Positions 8,767 to 26,900 of a stretch of 32,000 bases of DNA are shown in pieces (position 1 is the stretch's first letter; every line of letters starts with the position of its first letter). The notes under the pieces were generated by a model. It was given only the letters and a program-made list of their open reading frames with translations, searched no databases and was not told the origin of the DNA. The stretch comes from Methylorubrum extorquens (lineage in GTDB: Bacteria > Pseudomonadota > Alphaproteobacteria > Rhizobiales > Beijerinckiaceae). The stretch lies in assembly GCA_900234795.1 (NCBI GenBank), contig LT962688.1:2820001-2852000 (forward strand). The letters run 5' to 3'. Both the position numbers and the translations under genes were made by a program.

Positions 8767-9999
8767 TCAGGCCGCGAGCAGAGCCTGCCCGTCATGCCCG
8801 GTAACGGTGACGTCGCGAATCTCCCCGGCGGGCACCGGCTCGGAAAAACGCACGAGCGAGAACGCCTCCGTCCGGCCGGTATCGCCCCGTTCGGTCAGAA
8901 CGCGGCGGCGGGCGCCGACTTCGCCGTCGAGGTAGCGGGCGAGGGCCGCCGCACCGGCTTCGCGCAGCCGTGCGGCCCGCGCGCGGACCACGTCGCCCGG
9001 CACCGCCGGCATCCGCGCGGCGGGCGTGTCGGGGCGCGGCGAATAGGGGAAGACGTGCAGATGCGTCAGCCCGCATTCGGCCACGAGGTCGAGAGAGCGG
9101 GCGAACTGCGCCTCGGTCTCGGTGGGAAACCCGGCGATCAGGTCGGCGCCGAAGACGAGGCCGGGCCGCAGGTCGCGCAGGGTTTCGCATAGGCGGATCG
9201 CGTCGGCACGGGAGTGGCGCCGCTTCATCCGCTTGAGGATCAGGTCGTCGCCCGCCTGGAGCGAGAGGTGGACATGCGGCATCAGCCGCGGCTCCTCGGC
9301 GAAGGCAGCGATCAGCTCGGCATCGGCCTCCACCGAATCGATCGAAGAGAGGCGCAGCCGCGCGAGATCCGGCACCTCGGCGAGAATCGTGCGAACGAGG
9401 CGCCCGAGGCTCAAGTCGGAATCGAGGTCGCGACCATAGGCCGTGAGATCGACGCCGGTCAGCACCACCTCGCGCCCGCCATGCTCGACGATGCGGCGCA
9501 CCTGCGCCACCGCCTCGGCGACCGGCACGGAGCGGGAATTGCCGCGCCCGAATGGGATGACGCAGAAGGTGCAGCGGTGATCGCAACCGTTCTGCACCGG
9601 CACGAAGGCACGGGTATGCCCGCTCATGGTGGTAATGTGAGTCGGCTCGGCCGTCTGGACGGCCATGATGTCTTCAGGCGCCGGCGCGGTGCCGCTCTGC
9701 CAACTCTCCCGCCTCAGCTTGGCCGCGTTGCCGACGAGGCGCGCCACCTCCGGCATCGCGGCGTAGCTCGCGCGCTCGACCTCGGCGCCGCAGCCGGTCA
9801 CGACGATCTCGGCGCCGGGCCGCTCGCGGGAAAGCCGGCGGATCGCCTTGCGTGCCTGCCGCCCGGCCTCGGTCGTGACGGCGCAGGTGTTGACGACGAC
9901 GAGGTCGCGCCCCTCGGCACCGGGCTCGGCATGGCCGCGAAGCACCTCGGATTCGACGGTGTTGAGCCGGCAGCCGAAAGTGAGCGTCTCGACGCTCAC
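8767..9999 (-). CDS. mtaB: tRNA t6A37 methylthiotransferase MtaB (radical SAM, MiaB/RimO family)
   Basis: ORF 8767..10092. It has the UPF0004 N-domain ([24 protein letters not shown]), the radical-SAM motif [15 protein letters not shown] and a TRAM-like C-terminus. The start is placed at GTG 9999, overlapping the dapF TGA (GTGA). The dapF-mtaB-ftsY-yciB neighbourhood is typical of alphaproteobacteria. Confidence 0.85.
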   Translation of the reverse strand: MSVETLTFGCRLNTVESEVLRGHAEPGAEGRDLVVVNTCAVTTEAGRQARKAIRRLSRERPGAEIVVTGCGAEVERASYAAMPEVARLVGNAAKLRRESWQSGTAPAPEDIMAVQTAEPTHITTMSGHTRAFVPVQNGCDHRCTFCVIPFGRGNSRSVPVAEAVAQVRRIVEHGGREVVLTGVDLTAYGRDLDSDLSLGRLVRTILAEVPDLARLRLSSIDSVEADAELIAAFAEEPRLMPHVHLSLQAGDDLILKRMKRRHSRADAIRLCETLRDLRPGLVFGADLIAGFPTETEAQFARSLDLVAECGLTHLHVFPYSPRPDTPAARMPAVPGDVVRARAARLREAGAAALARYLDGEVGARRRVLTERGDTGRTEAFSLVRFSEPVPAGEIRDVTVTGHDGQALLAA

Positions 10000-10886
10000 C
10001 CGTCGATCCCGGCGAACAGATCGGGCGAGAACGTGCCCTCGCCTTCGAGATAGACGGGGCCGGTCATCAGCACGTGGTCGTCGGCGCGCCACTCGATCGA
10101 GAGTTCCCCGCCGGGAAGCGCCACGCGGGCAGCCCGGCCGATCATCCGCAGGCGCGAGGCGGCCACGACCGTAGCGCAGGCCGCCGTGCCGCAGGCCAGC
10201 GTCAGCCCCGCGCCGCGCTCCCAGACGCGCAGCTTGATCGTGTCGCGGCTCGTCACCTCGGCGATGGAGATGTTGGCCCGCTCGGGGAAGATCGGGTGGG
10301 CTTCGAGCAGCGGGCCGATGCGGCCGAGATCGTAGCTGTCGGGATCACGCTCAACGAAGAAGATCGCGTGCGGGTTGCCCATGCTGACGGCGGCGGGCGA
10401 ATGCAGGATCGGATCGTCGATCGGCCCGACCTGAAGCTCGATGCGGCGGGTATCGAGAAACGGTTCGGCGAGCGGGATCTCGTCCCAGCGCAGGCGCGGC
10501 TGACCCATATCGACGGTGAAGGAGCGCTCGGTGATGCGCTTGACCGCGACCAGTCCGGCCTTCGTCTCCAGCGTCAGCGCACCGTTCTCGGCGGGCCGCG
10601 CCATGGCCGGATCGTCGAGCAGCGCGTAGCCGACGCAGCGCGTGCCGTTGCCGCAGGCGCCAGATTCCGAGCCGTCGGTGTTGTAGATGCGCATGAAGGC
10701 ATCGGTGCCGGGCGTCACGGGATCGTGCACGACCATGAGCTGGTCGAAGCGCGAATGCACGTCGGCCGCGATGGCGCGAGCCTCGGCCGGCGTCACCCGA
10801 ACCGCGGTGCCGCGCAGATCGAGCACGACGATGGCGTTGCCGGCGCCGTGCATCTTCAGAAAGCGGCGATTTGCGAGAGGGCTCAC
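9996..10886 (-). CDS. dapF: Diaminopimelate epimerase (DapF)
   Basis: ORF 9996..11234 is trimmed to GTG 10886, which has GGAG about 7 nt upstream. The product is [23 protein letters not shown]...[17 protein letters not shown]...[16 protein letters not shown], and both catalytic-Cys motifs (GNG.RC and CGT) are present. The length is ~296 aa. The upstream 116 codons of the ORF are Arg/Ala-rich non-homologous extension. Confidence 0.9.
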   Translation of the reverse strand: MSPLANRRFLKMHGAGNAIVVLDLRGTAVRVTPAEARAIAADVHSRFDQLMVVHDPVTPGTDAFMRIYNTDGSESGACGNGTRCVGYALLDDPAMARPAENGALTLETKAGLVAVKRITERSFTVDMGQPRLRWDEIPLAEPFLDTRRIELQVGPIDDPILHSPAAVSMGNPHAIFFVERDPDSYDLGRIGPLLEAHPIFPERANISIAEVTSRDTIKLRVWERGAGLTLACGTAACATVVAASRLRMIGRAARVALPGGELSIEWRADDHVLMTGPVYLEGEGTFSPDLFAGIDG

Positions 10887-10909
10887 GAGAGGGCTCCAAG
10901 AGGGCTCAT
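10875..10909 (-). repeat. Three tandem copies (12, 12 and 11 nt) of a unit carrying a potential start codon, at the dapF initiation region
   Basis: The minus strand reads ATGAGCCCTCT / TGGAGCCCTCTC / GTGAGCCCTCTC. The plus strand reads gagagggctcac gagagggctcca agagggctcat. Confidence 0.8.
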
Positions 10910-11082
10910 TGGACCTCTGACGACCTTGTCTACGGGAATGCGGGGGTGGCGCGGCGTATATGGCAAAAGCCGCCAGCCTGCGAGTCGGGAACGACGAGCC
11001 GCAACGTCGCGTCGCAACGGTCTCGCGCGGGGCGTGTTTCGGCCCTACCCTGTTCGAACCGGCCAATCGGAGCGTCACCACC

Positions 11083-11844
11083 TTGACCCGTCTCGCCACC
11101 CTCGCCGCGGGCCTCCTCGCTCTCGTCCCTTCGTTGACGACTGCGTCGCTCGCCCAGAACGCGCCGCCCCCCACCAACGCGCCCTCCCCTGCCGAGGCGA
11201 ACCCACTGCCGACCACGACCGTGCCGGACACCACGAAATCCGGCCCCGACCCGGCAGCGCCCTCGCCTCAGCAGGTCCCGATCCCGCGCCCCGCCCAAGC
11301 CGGAGCGGCCCAGGCGGTCACGCCACCGCCTTCGGCGCTGCCGACCCTCGTGACGGTTCCAGGCGAGCCGAACGACGTCGATGAGGTGACGCTTCCGGCC
11401 AAACCCGTGGCGATCCTCGCGGGCGAGACCAAGTGGGAAGAGGCGCGGGCCAATCTGCGCAAAGCCTACAAGACGATCGGCGAGACGCTGGCCAAGCTGA
11501 ACCTCAAGCAAGCGGGCCGGCCGATCGCCCTGTTCACCAAGACCGAGGATGACGGCTTCCAGTACGAGGCGATGATCCCGATCGAAGCTGCACCCGCGCA
11601 GGGCGCGGAGGGCGGCGACGTCAAGTTCGGCTCGAACCCGAGCGGCAAGGCGCTGCGGTTCAAGCATAGCGGCAGTTACGAGGAGATCGACGGCACCTAC
11701 GAGACGCTGATCGCCTATCTCGACGCCAAGGAAATCGCGGTTCAGGACCGCTTCCTCGAAGAATACGTCACCGACCTCGGCGAGGGTGCGGACGACAAAC
11801 TCGACATCAACATCTATGCGCTGCCGAAGGAGCCTGCGAAGTAG
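11083..11844 (+). CDS. Secreted protein with a Pro-rich linker and a C-terminal GyrI-like (SOUL/AraC-effector-type) small-molecule-binding domain
   Basis: ORF 10960..11844. A signal-peptide-like [24 protein letters not shown] follows a TTG at 11083, with GGAG about 10 nt upstream. A P/A/T-rich low-complexity region comes next, then a ~155-aa domain ([30 protein letters not shown]...[10 protein letters not shown]...[21 protein letters not shown]...FLEEYVTD). I recognise that domain as GyrI-like by pattern only. The start is uncertain. Confidence 0.55.
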   Translation: MTRLATLAAGLLALVPSLTTASLAQNAPPPTNAPSPAEANPLPTTTVPDTTKSGPDPAAPSPQQVPIPRPAQAGAAQAVTPPPSALPTLVTVPGEPNDVDEVTLPAKPVAILAGETKWEEARANLRKAYKTIGETLAKLNLKQAGRPIALFTKTEDDGFQYEAMIPIEAAPAQGAEGGDVKFGSNPSGKALRFKHSGSYEEIDGTYETLIAYLDAKEIAVQDRFLEEYVTDLGEGADDKLDINIYALPKEPAK

Positions 11845-11865
11845 GGTTGTCGCGGGCCGGGAACC

Positions 11866-11889
11866 GCCGAATCCCTTCGCGGATTCGGC
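11866..11889 (+). terminator. Rho-independent-type hairpin after the GyrI-like gene, abutting the next start codon
   Basis: GCCGAATCC-cttcgc-GGATTCGGC has a 9-bp stem and is followed by TTTC, then the ATG at 11894. Confidence 0.5.
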
Positions 11890-11893
11890 TTTC

Positions 11894-12658
11894 ATGACGC
11901 TTTTCCCCGACACAGCCCTCCCGGCGGCAGCCCGCCATCGCCGCCGCGAGGCACCGGCCGCCGCGTCCGAGGCCCTGAAGCACAAGGCGCTGGAGATCCA
12001 CCGCCGGCTCTGCGGCGTCTACGAATGCCCGATCCCGTATTTCCACAGCCTCGACCCGCTGTCGGAGCTGATCTCCTCGCTGCTCTCGCACCGGACCCGC
12101 AACGCTGATTCAGGGCGTGCCTTCAAGGCGCTGCGGGCGCGCTGGCCCGATTGGACGGAGATCGAAGCGGCGTCGGTCGAGGAGATCGAAGCGACGATCC
12201 ACGGCGTCACCTGGCCGGAGCTGAAGGCGCCGCGCATCATGGCGGTGCTCGCCGCGGTACAGGAGCGGGTCGGTGCACTCACCCTCGATTTCCTGGGGGA
12301 TATGAGCGTCGATGAAGCGCGCGGCTGGCTCGAAGCGATCCCCGGCATCGGGCCGAAGACGAGCGCCGCGGTGCTGTCGTTCTCGACGCTGCGGATGCCG
12401 GCCCTGCCGGTGGACAGCCACCATCACCGCGTTGCCCAGCGCACGGGGCTGATCGGTGCCAAGGTCGATGTCGGGCCGAGCCACGCGGTGCTGCGGGCAC
12501 AGCTTCCGGACGATTGGTCAGCGCAGAAGCTCTACGACAATCACGAGGTGCTGATGCTGCACGGCCAGCGCGTCTGCTTCCATCGCTCGCCGGCCTGCGG
12601 ACGCTGCGTGCTGCTCGACATCTGTCCGACGGGTCAGGCGAGGAAGGCCGTGGGCTGA
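11894..12658 (+). CDS. Endonuclease III-like HhH-GPD DNA glycosylase with a [4Fe-4S] cluster loop
   Basis: ORF 11786..12658 is trimmed to ATG 11894 (MTLFPDTAL...). It has the helix-hairpin-helix LEAIPGIGPKTSAAVL, the Asp motif PVDSHHHRVAQR and a C-terminal C-x6-C-x2-C-x5-C (CFHRSPACGRCVLLDIC). Confidence 0.8.
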   Translation: MTLFPDTALPAAARHRRREAPAAASEALKHKALEIHRRLCGVYECPIPYFHSLDPLSELISSLLSHRTRNADSGRAFKALRARWPDWTEIEAASVEEIEATIHGVTWPELKAPRIMAVLAAVQERVGALTLDFLGDMSVDEARGWLEAIPGIGPKTSAAVLSFSTLRMPALPVDSHHHRVAQRTGLIGAKVDVGPSHAVLRAQLPDDWSAQKLYDNHEVLMLHGQRVCFHRSPACGRCVLLDICPTGQARKAVG

Positions 12659-12689
12659 CGCTTTATCCAGTCGCGCGTGTCAGCCTCTC

Positions 12690-13805
12690 TCACGTCCAAT
12701 AGAGGATGCGCGCCGTCGGCAAGCGTTCGGCGATCCGCCCGGTGAGATGGGCGCGCATCGCCTTCATGAGATCGTTCGGAAACACGTATTTCACCGAGCC
12801 GAACTTGGTGAGCTTGCGGGTGCGCTCCGCCTCGCGCATCGGCAGGTCGGAACCCGGATACCATCCCTCGAGCACCGTCTTCGAGCCCGGCGTGAAGCGG
12901 TGGGTGATGAGTTCGACCGTCAGATCGGGCGCGGCCACACCGGACAACGCCTCGGCCGCATCGCGCAGCAGGGCATCGTAGGCGTCCGGCCATCCCTCGA
13001 CGGGCATAATCGGCGCGATGGTGAGGCCGACGGGATAGCCGGCCCGGGCGACGGCCCCCATGGCCGCAAGCCGCTCGCTGAGCGGAGCGGTGCCACCCTC
13101 GTAATGCGCCGCCGCGGCCGCGTTGACCGAGAAGCGGATGCGCGTGCGGCCGTGATGCGGCAGGTCGAGGAGCGGTTCGACCGCGGCGAACTTCGTCGTG
13201 AAGCGCAGTTGCACCGGCGCGTCCCAGGCGCCGAAATGACGGATCGCCGCCGAGAGCGAACCGGTGAGATGCTCGATCCCAAGCGGATCGGTGTAGCAGG
13301 ACGCCTCGAAGGTGGTGCCCTCGGCCGCCCGGGCCTCCGAGGCGCTGGTGACGCCACCCTGCCCCAGATAGCTTTCGAGATTACCGAGGATCGCGTCGAG
13401 GTTGGCGTAGACGCGCGTCACCGGCGGCCCCGAGAGCGAGCCGGCGAGATAGCAGTACTGGCAATGCGCTGGACAGCCTTCCGCAAGATCGAAGCGCCAG
13501 TCGGCGCTCGGCGGAATCGGTTGGAGCTTCAACTTCGTCGGCGGTGCGGTGACGATGGCGAGCGTGGCCTTGGCCTGGACATAGGCCCGGCGCGGGTTCT
13601 CGGCGTCGCGCAAACCGGTGAGCCGGTTACTCTTCAGGCGCTCGACCGGGAGACCCAGGTCTTCCGCCTGCGCGACCATCTGCCGGCCATGGGCATGTTC
13701 GAGGGCGGCCGGCGTCACTAGCACCCGGCGCGGATGCCAGAGACGGGCGGAGCGGGGCCGCGCCACGGGCCGGGCATCGGCCTCCTCGGTCGAAATAAGG
13801 GTCAT
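12690..13805 (-). CDS. Spore-photoproduct-lyase-family radical SAM protein (SplB-like DNA repair photolyase)
   Basis: ORF 12690..14042 is trimmed to ATG 13805 (MTLISTEEAD...). It has the radical-SAM motif CPAHCQYCYLAG, with Tyr after the third Cys as in SP lyase. The ~371-aa length and overall pattern (PPSADWRFDLAEGC...TRVYANLD...FEASCYTDPL...RFSVN) fit the SPL family. Confidence 0.75.
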   Translation of the reverse strand: MTLISTEEADARPVARPRSARLWHPRRVLVTPAALEHAHGRQMVAQAEDLGLPVERLKSNRLTGLRDAENPRRAYVQAKATLAIVTAPPTKLKLQPIPPSADWRFDLAEGCPAHCQYCYLAGSLSGPPVTRVYANLDAILGNLESYLGQGGVTSASEARAAEGTTFEASCYTDPLGIEHLTGSLSAAIRHFGAWDAPVQLRFTTKFAAVEPLLDLPHHGRTRIRFSVNAAAAAHYEGGTAPLSERLAAMGAVARAGYPVGLTIAPIMPVEGWPDAYDALLRDAAEALSGVAAPDLTVELITHRFTPGSKTVLEGWYPGSDLPMREAERTRKLTKFGSVKYVFPNDLMKAMRAHLTGRIAERLPTARILYWT

Positions 13806-13909
13806 GCCGCACCAACCCTCGGCCTGTGCCGAAGGTCCGGGGATGCGTCCTTTCGGAACCCTGGAAGGCCTCGGGCGCTGTTTTCGCGCGAAGATCTTGT
13901 GAGGTGTCG

Positions 13910-14182
13910 ATGTCGGAGCTGGAGACGAAACGCGCCGCGATTGCCGACCTTCTCGCCCGGATCGAAGGCCTCGATCCGCGAAACGCTGGGGATCTCGACC
14001 GGCGGGTGGATGCCGTGGTGGACGGATTCGATCCCGGGGCACCGGAGCCGTCCGATCCGGCCAGGGCCGACCTGCACCGTCTGCTCAGATCGTACCGCGA
14101 CCTTCGCGATCTCCCCGCCGACCGCAACAATGTGCAGCTTGCCGAGAAGGGCGAGGTGTTCGCGCCGGAGGACGACGCCTGA
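13910..14182 (+). CDS. Hypothetical small acidic protein (90 aa)
   Basis: ATG 13910 is preceded by GAGGTG 4 nt upstream. It lies within ORF 13826..14182. Codon usage is GC3-biased like the neighbouring genes. The product is MSELETKRAAIADLLARIEGLDPRNAGDLDRRVDAVVDGFDPGAPEPSDP...EDDA, with no recognisable family. It is divergent from the SPL-like gene. Confidence 0.45.
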   Translation: MSELETKRAAIADLLARIEGLDPRNAGDLDRRVDAVVDGFDPGAPEPSDPARADLHRLLRSYRDLRDLPADRNNVQLAEKGEVFAPEDDA

Positions 14183-14276
14183 CGCACGATCCGGCGCATC
14201 GATGCGTCAGAGAAGTCAGCCGGATGACCGGTTGCGATGACTTGGCAACGGGCTCGGCCCGCGCCAAGCGTCGCCA

Positions 14277-14606
14277 ATGACCAAGTCCCTTCTCGCTTAT
14301 TCCGGAGCCGCGTTGGCTGAGATCGCCGGCTGCTTCGCCTTCTGGGCGTGGCTGCGGCTCGATCGGTCGGTCTGGTGGGTCGCGCCGGGGCTCGTTTCGC
14401 TCGCCCTGTTCGCTTGGCTGCTCACCCTCGTCGAGAGCGAGGCGGCCGGGCGCACCTACGCCGCCTATGGCGGCATCTACATCGCCGCCTCGATCCTTTG
14501 GCTCTGGAGTGTCGAGGGACATCGCCCCGACCGCTGGGATCTCTCCGGCGGGGCGATCTGCCTCGCCGGCACGGCGGTGATCCTGTTCGGCCCCCGGAGC
14601 GGCTGA
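14277..14606 (+). CDS. ynfA: YnfA family (UPF0060) small inner-membrane protein
   Basis: A 109-aa, four-helix hydrophobic protein: [18 protein letters not shown]...[34 protein letters not shown]. This is characteristic of YnfA. Confidence 0.85.
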   Translation: MTKSLLAYSGAALAEIAGCFAFWAWLRLDRSVWWVAPGLVSLALFAWLLTLVESEAAGRTYAAYGGIYIAASILWLWSVEGHRPDRWDLSGGAICLAGTAVILFGPRSG

Positions 14607-14618
14607 ACCGCTCCGGGG
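14592..14618. terminator. Bidirectional hairpin between the convergent ynfA and glgB genes
   Basis: CCCCGGAGCGG-ctgaa-CCGCTCCGGGG has a perfect 11-bp GC-rich stem, and the loop contains the ynfA TGA. It lies 10 nt from the glgB stop. Confidence 0.5.
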
Positions 14619-14627
14619 TCGAGGCGA

Positions 14628-16982
<2,355 letters not shown>

Positions 16983-17001
16983 CCAATCACCTCTCTCGGA
17001 A

Positions 17002-17039
17002 GCGCTCCCGGGCCATCAAAGGGTGGCGCGCGGGAGCGC
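17002..17039 (-). other. Hairpin between the treS-mak stop and the glgB ribosome-binding site
   Basis: GCGCTCCCG ...20 nt... CGGGAGCGC has 9-bp arms. It lies 6 nt after the treS TGA and directly upstream of the glgB Shine-Dalgarno sequence. Confidence 0.35.
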
Positions 17040-17044
17040 GCAGG

Positions 17045-20311
<3,267 letters not shown>

Positions 20312-20434
20312 CCCGTCGCTGCCTCACGTCACTTTCGAGAGCGGAACCGGGCCGTGTGGCACCGGGCTGCGAGCCTCCTCGGCCCGCTTCTTGGCGAGAA
20401 CACGACGGTGACGCCGTATTCCGCCGGATCTAGA

Positions 20435-20476
20435 GCGCCCCGCACCGAAAGTAGAGGCTGGTTCGGTGCGGGGCGC
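20435..20476 (-). terminator. Strong perfect hairpin 7 nt downstream of the glgE stop, inside the 171-bp glgE/treS spacer
   Basis: GCGCCCCGCACCGAA-12 nt loop-TTCGGTGCGGGGCGC has a 15-bp perfect stem. No U-tract follows on the transcribed strand, so it may be a processing or stability element or a partial terminator rather than a classical terminator. Confidence 0.4.
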
Positions 20477-20482
20477 GGGTCG

Positions 20483-23857
<3,375 letters not shown>

Positions 23858-23949
23858 GGATCGCCTCCGTCTTGTCGCTTCTCGCCAAGCGCGTTCTGAT
23901 GAATCGAGGCCGTGGTCCGGCATTGACGAAACGCCGACCGACCAAGCTT

Positions 23950-23974
23950 GCTCACCGCCCAAGGGACGGTGAGC
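23950..23974 (-). other. Small hairpin in the 137-bp spacer between malQ-treY and glgE
   Basis: GCTCACCG-9 nt-CGGTGAGC lies about 20 nt after the malQ-treY TGA. Confidence 0.3.
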
Positions 23975-23994
23975 CGATGTTTCGTGCGGCCGCC

Positions 23995-26900
23995 TCAGGC
24001 AGCCCGCCGCAACACCAGATAGGGCAGTTTCGCGAAGTGCCGACCGAGGTCGAGCCCGTCGCCCTCGGCCGTGATCTCGCCGCCGCCGACCACGTCCACC
24101 CACCGGCTGCCGGCCGGCACGGGGAGGACGGTTCCGGCGAAGGCTTCGCTGGACCAACCTGATTCGGGCGTCATCCGTGCGACGAGCCGCGGCACGGCGA
24201 CCAACAGATCGTCCTCACCCGAGGTGACGGCCGAGCGGGTAAACGCGATGACGTGTTCCGCACGCGCGCCTTCGGCCGGGAGCGGACGGTAATCCGCGTC
24301 GGCGTAGAAGGCCGGGCGTGCCGCCCGGTCGGCGAGCAACCGCGCCAACGTCGCCTGCTTCACGCGCCCGTCCTGCCAGGAACCGATCAACGCGTCCGGC
24401 GTGCCGCCGGCCTCCAGCGCGCGGGCCCGTTCCGCGTAATCGACAGGCCGACGGTTGTCGGGATCGACGAACGAGAAGTCCCAGAACTCGGTGCCCTGAT
24501 ACGTGTCCGGAATGCCGGGAAGGGTGCATTTGAGCACCGTGCGCCCGAGTCCCGCGATCATGCCGAGGAAGGCAAGGCGACGCACGAGCGGCCGGAGCCG
24601 ATCGAGGCAATCCGAGCCGGGCACGACCAGGGCCGCGAAGAGCGCGTGGACGGCGCTCTCGTAACCCTCGTCCACATTGACCCAGCTCGACCGGCGCTTG
24701 CTCTCGCGCAGAGCCTTCTCGGCATAGGCGTCGAGGCGCTTGCGAAAATCCTCGATCGCGTCCGGGTCGTCACCGTCCAGAAGCTCAAGCGGCCACGCGC
24801 CGAGAATCGCCTGCAGGAACATCCACTGGTCGTTCGGGTCCGGTGCCGGCTCGCCTTCGACCTGCTTGATCAGCGGCTCGGAGGCGCGGCGCCACGTGTC
24901 CCAGGCGCGGGCCCATTCCTCCGGAAGCTCGGAGAGAGCGAGCTGGCGCGTGCGGGCATCCTCGCCGCGCTTGGTGTCGTGGGTGGCCGTGGTGATCATC
25001 GCGTTCGGCCAGTCGCGGGCCCGCGCGGCCTGAAGCGCGTGGAAGTGCTCCGCGTCGAGGCCGTACTCGCCGGGATCACCGCCGACCTCGTTGAGGCCGA
25101 GCAGTTCGACGAAGCGATAGAACAACGTGTCTTCCAGGCTCTTGGCCATCACCGGGCCGGTGAGCTGCTGGAACCGGCGGCGGAAGCGCAGGACCACCTG
25201 CTGGTCCGGGTGACCGGCAGAGCCGAGATCAGTGCGCCCGAGCAGGGCATCGGCGGCGAAGTCGTGCACCGAACGATCCGGTAGCGCGCTCCAGCGCTTG
25301 GCCTTGCGTACCGCGCCCTCGATCAACCGCACATCCTCGGCCTCGATCTCGGTCTCGTCGAGATCACCGGGCAGGTAGGAGCGATAGACGGGGAAACGCG
25401 CCACGATCTCGATCAGCGCCCGACGGATCGCATTGGTGGAGAAGTCGCGGGTGCGCCGGTCGGAATCAGCGATCTGCTTGAGGTCGCCAGTCATCACCTC
25501 GAGTTCAGAGGCGAAGCTGATCTCCAGAATCTCCGCCTTGGCCGCGCGGAATTGGAAGCCGTAAGGCGTGTCCATATCGGTGGCCCACCGATAGAACTTC
25601 TCGATACGCGGCTTCAGGGCGCGATCGACCAGGATGCCGTCGAGCTGGTTCAGCACGTCGTAGCCGGTGGTGCCGGCAACGGGCCAGTCGCGCAGCTTCT
25701 CGCCCGGCTCCAGGATCTTCTCGACGACGATGTAGAAGCCGGGGCCGACCGCGGCCTGGAGTGCACGGGCGTAGCCCAGCGGATCGGCCAGCCCGTCGAT
25801 GTGGTCGATGCGCAAACCGTCGATCCGGCCCTCGCCGATGAGGCGGAACAGCAGGTCGTGCGAGCGGACGAACACGTCCGACAGCTCGACGCGCAGGCCG
25901 GCCAGCGAGTTCACGTCGAAGAAGCGGCGGTAGTTGATGTCGCTCGACGCGATCCGCCAATGGGCGAGCCGGTAGGATTGCTGTTCGAGCAGCCGATGCA
26001 GCGGTCCGAAACTGTCGGGATAGTCCCGGTTGCCGTTGAGGAGATGCAGCGCCCGGTAGATCGAGGCTGCGATCTGCGGCGAGGCCCGCACGGTGCCCGC
26101 AAGCTGGCGCTTCAGTTCCTCGGCGGCCTCCGGCATGGCGCGGCGGCGCTCGAGATTGGTCTCCTCACCCATGGCCCGCAGGCGCTCGGTGATCGCCAGA
26201 ACCTCCGCCGACATGTCGTCGCCGATCTCGCCGAGCGCCGCGAGCGCCCGGTTGAGGATCGTCGGGTATTGCAGCGGGCAGATCGGGAATTGATGCTCGT
26301 AGTGCCAGACGCTGAAGGCGCCAGCCGCCTCGTCGAACTTCAGCTCCAGCGTGCCCTTCTCCAGAGCCTCGCCGTAACGCTCGCCGAGGAAGGGGATGAC
26401 GAGCTTGCCGTTGGCGCCGAGCCGCTCCCAATCGATGTCGAAGGCATTGGCCGCGGGCGAGAGACCGCCCCATTCGAGCACCGAGAGCCACCACGGATTG
26501 TCGGCGCCGCCCACACCCATGTGGTTGGGCACGATGTCGAGGAGCAGCTTCAGGCCATGGGCGTGGAGCGCGTCGGTGAAGCTGCGGAAACCCTCCTCGC
26601 CGCCGATCTCCGGATTGATCTGGGAGTGATCGACGATGTCGTAGCCGTGGGTCGAGCCCGGCCGTGCCCGCTGCAACGGCGACGCGTAGACGTGGCTGAT
26701 GCCGAGCTTCTGCAGATAGGGGACCGTCTTCTCCGCATCCGCGAAGGTGAAGCCTTCGTGGAATTGGAGCCGGTAGGTCGCCCGCGGCGGAGCCGAGGCG
26801 AGGCGAGCAGCACCCGAGCGCGGTCCCCGCTCCTCCGCCGACAGCGCGGCGGCGAGCTTGGCGAGCGGCCCGCCGGGGGCGGCGATGGCTTCGAGGTTGC

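Noticed and set aside
10887-11234. N-terminal extensions of track ORFs: dapF 412 aa, mtaB 441 aa (10000-10092), SPL-like 450 aa (13806-14042), glgE 1224 aa (23858-24157), bchC (1159-1209), and the RluA-like 507 aa (7203-8006)
   Set aside because: The extensions are non-homologous and Arg-rich, and they overlap neighbouring genes or promoters. Internal starts with Shine-Dalgarno sequences or stop/start overlaps give family-typical lengths.
12653-12685. The hairpin GGCTGAC...GTCAGCC between the convergent EndoIII-like and SPL-like genes
   Set aside because: It has only a 7-bp stem with a 19-nt loop and no U-tract, which is too weak to call a terminator.
13806-13909. An alphaproteobacterial LexA box (GAAC-N7-GAAC) upstream of the SPL-like and small-ORF genes, and at 11845-11893 upstream of the EndoIII-like gene
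   Set aside because: Only single GAAC half-sites are present (GGAACCCTGGAAGG and GGAACCGCCGAATCC). The second half does not match.
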